Positions 43,903 to 45,003 of a stretch of 45,003 nucleotides of DNA are shown piece by piece (within the stretch, counting starts at the first letter, position 1; each line of letters starts with the position of its first letter). Origin of the DNA: Terriglobia bacterium (GTDB lineage Bacteria > Acidobacteriota > Terriglobia > Bryobacterales > Bryobacteraceae). The stretch covers positions 1 to 45,003 of the forward strand of contig JBDUBZ010000001.1 of NCBI GenBank assembly GCA_040003745.1, in the 5' to 3' direction. A program made the translations under genes and the position numbers. A model generated the notes under the pieces. It had not been told where the DNA came from. It saw only the letters and a list, made by a program, of their open reading frames with translations, and did not search any database.

Positions 43903-44125
43903 GAATTTCCAGCGTAAAGCGGCGATGCAGCTTCATGCCGGCGGCGCCGAGAATGGTGCGGATGGAACGTGCGGTCCGGCCCTGCTTCCCGATGACTTTA
44001 CCGAGATCGCCCGGCGCGACCTTCAGCTCGAGCACCGTGATCTGCTCGCCCTCAATGGAACTGACCACCACGTCGCCCGGCTGGTCGACCAGCGCCTTCG
44101 CAATGTCTTCAATTAGTTGTTTCAT
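43895..44125 (-). CDS. KH-domain RNA-binding protein (UPF0109/YlqC-like)
   Basis: 76 aa with the KH GXXG motif [16 protein letters not shown]. Conserved position between rpsP and rimM. Confidence 0.85.
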   Translation of the reverse strand: MKQLIEDIAKALVDQPGDVVVSSIEGEQITVLELKVAPGDLGKVIGKQGRTARSIRTILGAAGMKLHRRFTLEILE

Positions 44126-44182
44126 GAATGTAACCAGCGTCTACCGGTAAAAACCACCGGGCACATCCCGTACGCCGCCTGA

Positions 44183-44434
44183 TCAGGCAACCGCGGGTAC
44201 GGGAGGATTCTTCTTCACCAGCCGCGCCACCGTGTCGGACATCTGCGCGCCGTTCTTGATCCAGTGATCGATGCGCTCGTGTTCGAGCTTCACCTTCGCC
44301 GGTTCCGTGAGCGGATTGAAATGTCCCACCACTTCGATATTGCGGCTGTCGCGGGCGCGCTCTTTCTCAATCACCACGATGCGGTAAAACGGCTTCTTTT
44401 TGGCTCCGAAACGGGCCAGTCTGATCATCAGCAT
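44183..44434 (-). CDS. rpsP: 30S ribosomal protein S16
   Basis: MLMIRLARFGAKKKPFYRIVV... is canonical S16. Confidence 0.9.
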   Translation of the reverse strand: MLMIRLARFGAKKKPFYRIVVIEKERARDSRNIEVVGHFNPLTEPAKVKLEHERIDHWIKNGAQMSDTVARLVKKNPPVPAVA

Positions 44435-44472
44435 TTCTTATGTGTTCCTTCAACCTTGTCTAAAATCCGGTT

Positions 44473-45003
44473 CTAAAAGCCTGGTAATCCGAGCTTGCCC
44501 AGACCGCCCATCTTCCCCATTTTTTTGCCAAGGAAGCCCAGGTTGCCGGAAAGGCTCTTCATCATTTTGCGCGCCTGCCCGTATTGTTTGAGCAGACTGT
44601 TAACATCCTGCACGGAAGTTCCGCTGCCGCGCGCAATGCGCCGCCGCCGGCTTCCGTTAATAATCATATGGTTATCGCGCTCGCGCGGCGTCATCGAATC
44701 GATAATCGCCACAATGCGGGTCAGTTCTTTTTCGTCCGGCTGCGCGTTCTGCAGCTCTTTCATGATGCCGACCTTCGGCATCATCTTCAGAATGGAATCG
44801 AGCGAACCGAGCTTACGCAGCGACTTCAGCTGATCGCGAAAATCTTCCAGCGTAAACTCATTGTCGATCAGCTTGCGCTGCATCTCCTCCTGCTGTTTGG
44901 AGTCGAATGCTTCCTGCGCTTTCTCGACGAAACTGACAATATCGCCCATCCCCAGGATGCGCGAAGCCGCACGATCGGGATGGAATGGCTCAAATGCATC
45001 GGC
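44473..45003 (-). CDS. ffh: Signal recognition particle protein Ffh, C-terminal part (partial, continues beyond the window)
   Basis: M-domain motifs FHPDRAASRILGMGDIVSFVEKA and RRRRIARGSGTSVQDVNSLLKQY. The frame stays open to position 45003. Confidence 0.9.
   Translation of the reverse strand, partial: ADAFEPFHPDRAASRILGMGDIVSFVEKAQEAFDSKQQEEMQRKLIDNEFTLEDFRDQLKSLRKLGSLDSILKMMPKVGIMKELQNAQPDEKELTRIVAIIDSMTPRERDNHMIINGSRRRRIARGSGTSVQDVNSLLKQYGQARKMMKSLSGNLGFLGKKMGKMGGLGKLGLPGF

Overview
This is a 45 kb GC-rich bacterial chromosomal segment with about 45 protein-coding genes. I found no rRNA, tRNA, CRISPR array, transposase or integrase by eye. A TIGR03435-type paralog, a PEP-CTERM protein and many long antisense shadow ORFs suggest Acidobacteriota, possibly Solibacter- or Bryobacter-like; this is inference only.

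Gene content, left to right:
- A Kelch-repeat protein.
- A minus-strand, translationally coupled periplasmic oxidation operon: dihaem cytochrome c, PQQ dehydrogenase, a mutarotase-gluconolactonase fusion, and a glycoside-hydrolase-like protein.
- ilvA, preceded by an Ile-rich leader peptide and an intrinsic terminator.
- Succinate-semialdehyde dehydrogenase and an ABM monooxygenase.
- A frameshifted TIGR03435 gene.
- A repeat-dense non-coding island.
- A PspA/IM30 envelope-stress module whose first gene is a NUDIX fusion.
- hemH, small membrane and lipoproteins, and an ABC exporter pair.
- An LGFP-repeat protein.
- An anomalous vapBC locus.
- tldD-pmbA, a GGT-family protein, a DUF72 protein, RNase T2, and YflT-like and BON stress proteins.
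- tal and potABCD.
- A PEP-CTERM protein.
- A tightly packed four-gene operon: a LuxI/FeeM-like N-acyltransferase, a VAO-type flavoprotein, a membrane desaturase-like enzyme and a GT1 glycosyltransferase. A 36% GC region with a CRP-like palindrome lies upstream of it.
- The ffh-rpsP-KH-rimM-trmD cluster, which lacks rplS.

Most interesting candidates:
1. The acyltransferase/oxidase/desaturase/glycosyltransferase operon next to the PEP-CTERM gene. It may encode an undescribed glycosylated N-acyl amino acid or lipid pathway.
2. A PQQ dehydrogenase that carries the lanthanide-type D-x-D signature but lacks the vicinal Cys pair, and is coupled to a mutarotase-lactonase fusion.
3. The NUDIX-fused Psp-like module.
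4. The leader-peptide attenuator upstream of ilvA.

All functional calls come from reading motifs by eye. No database search was run.
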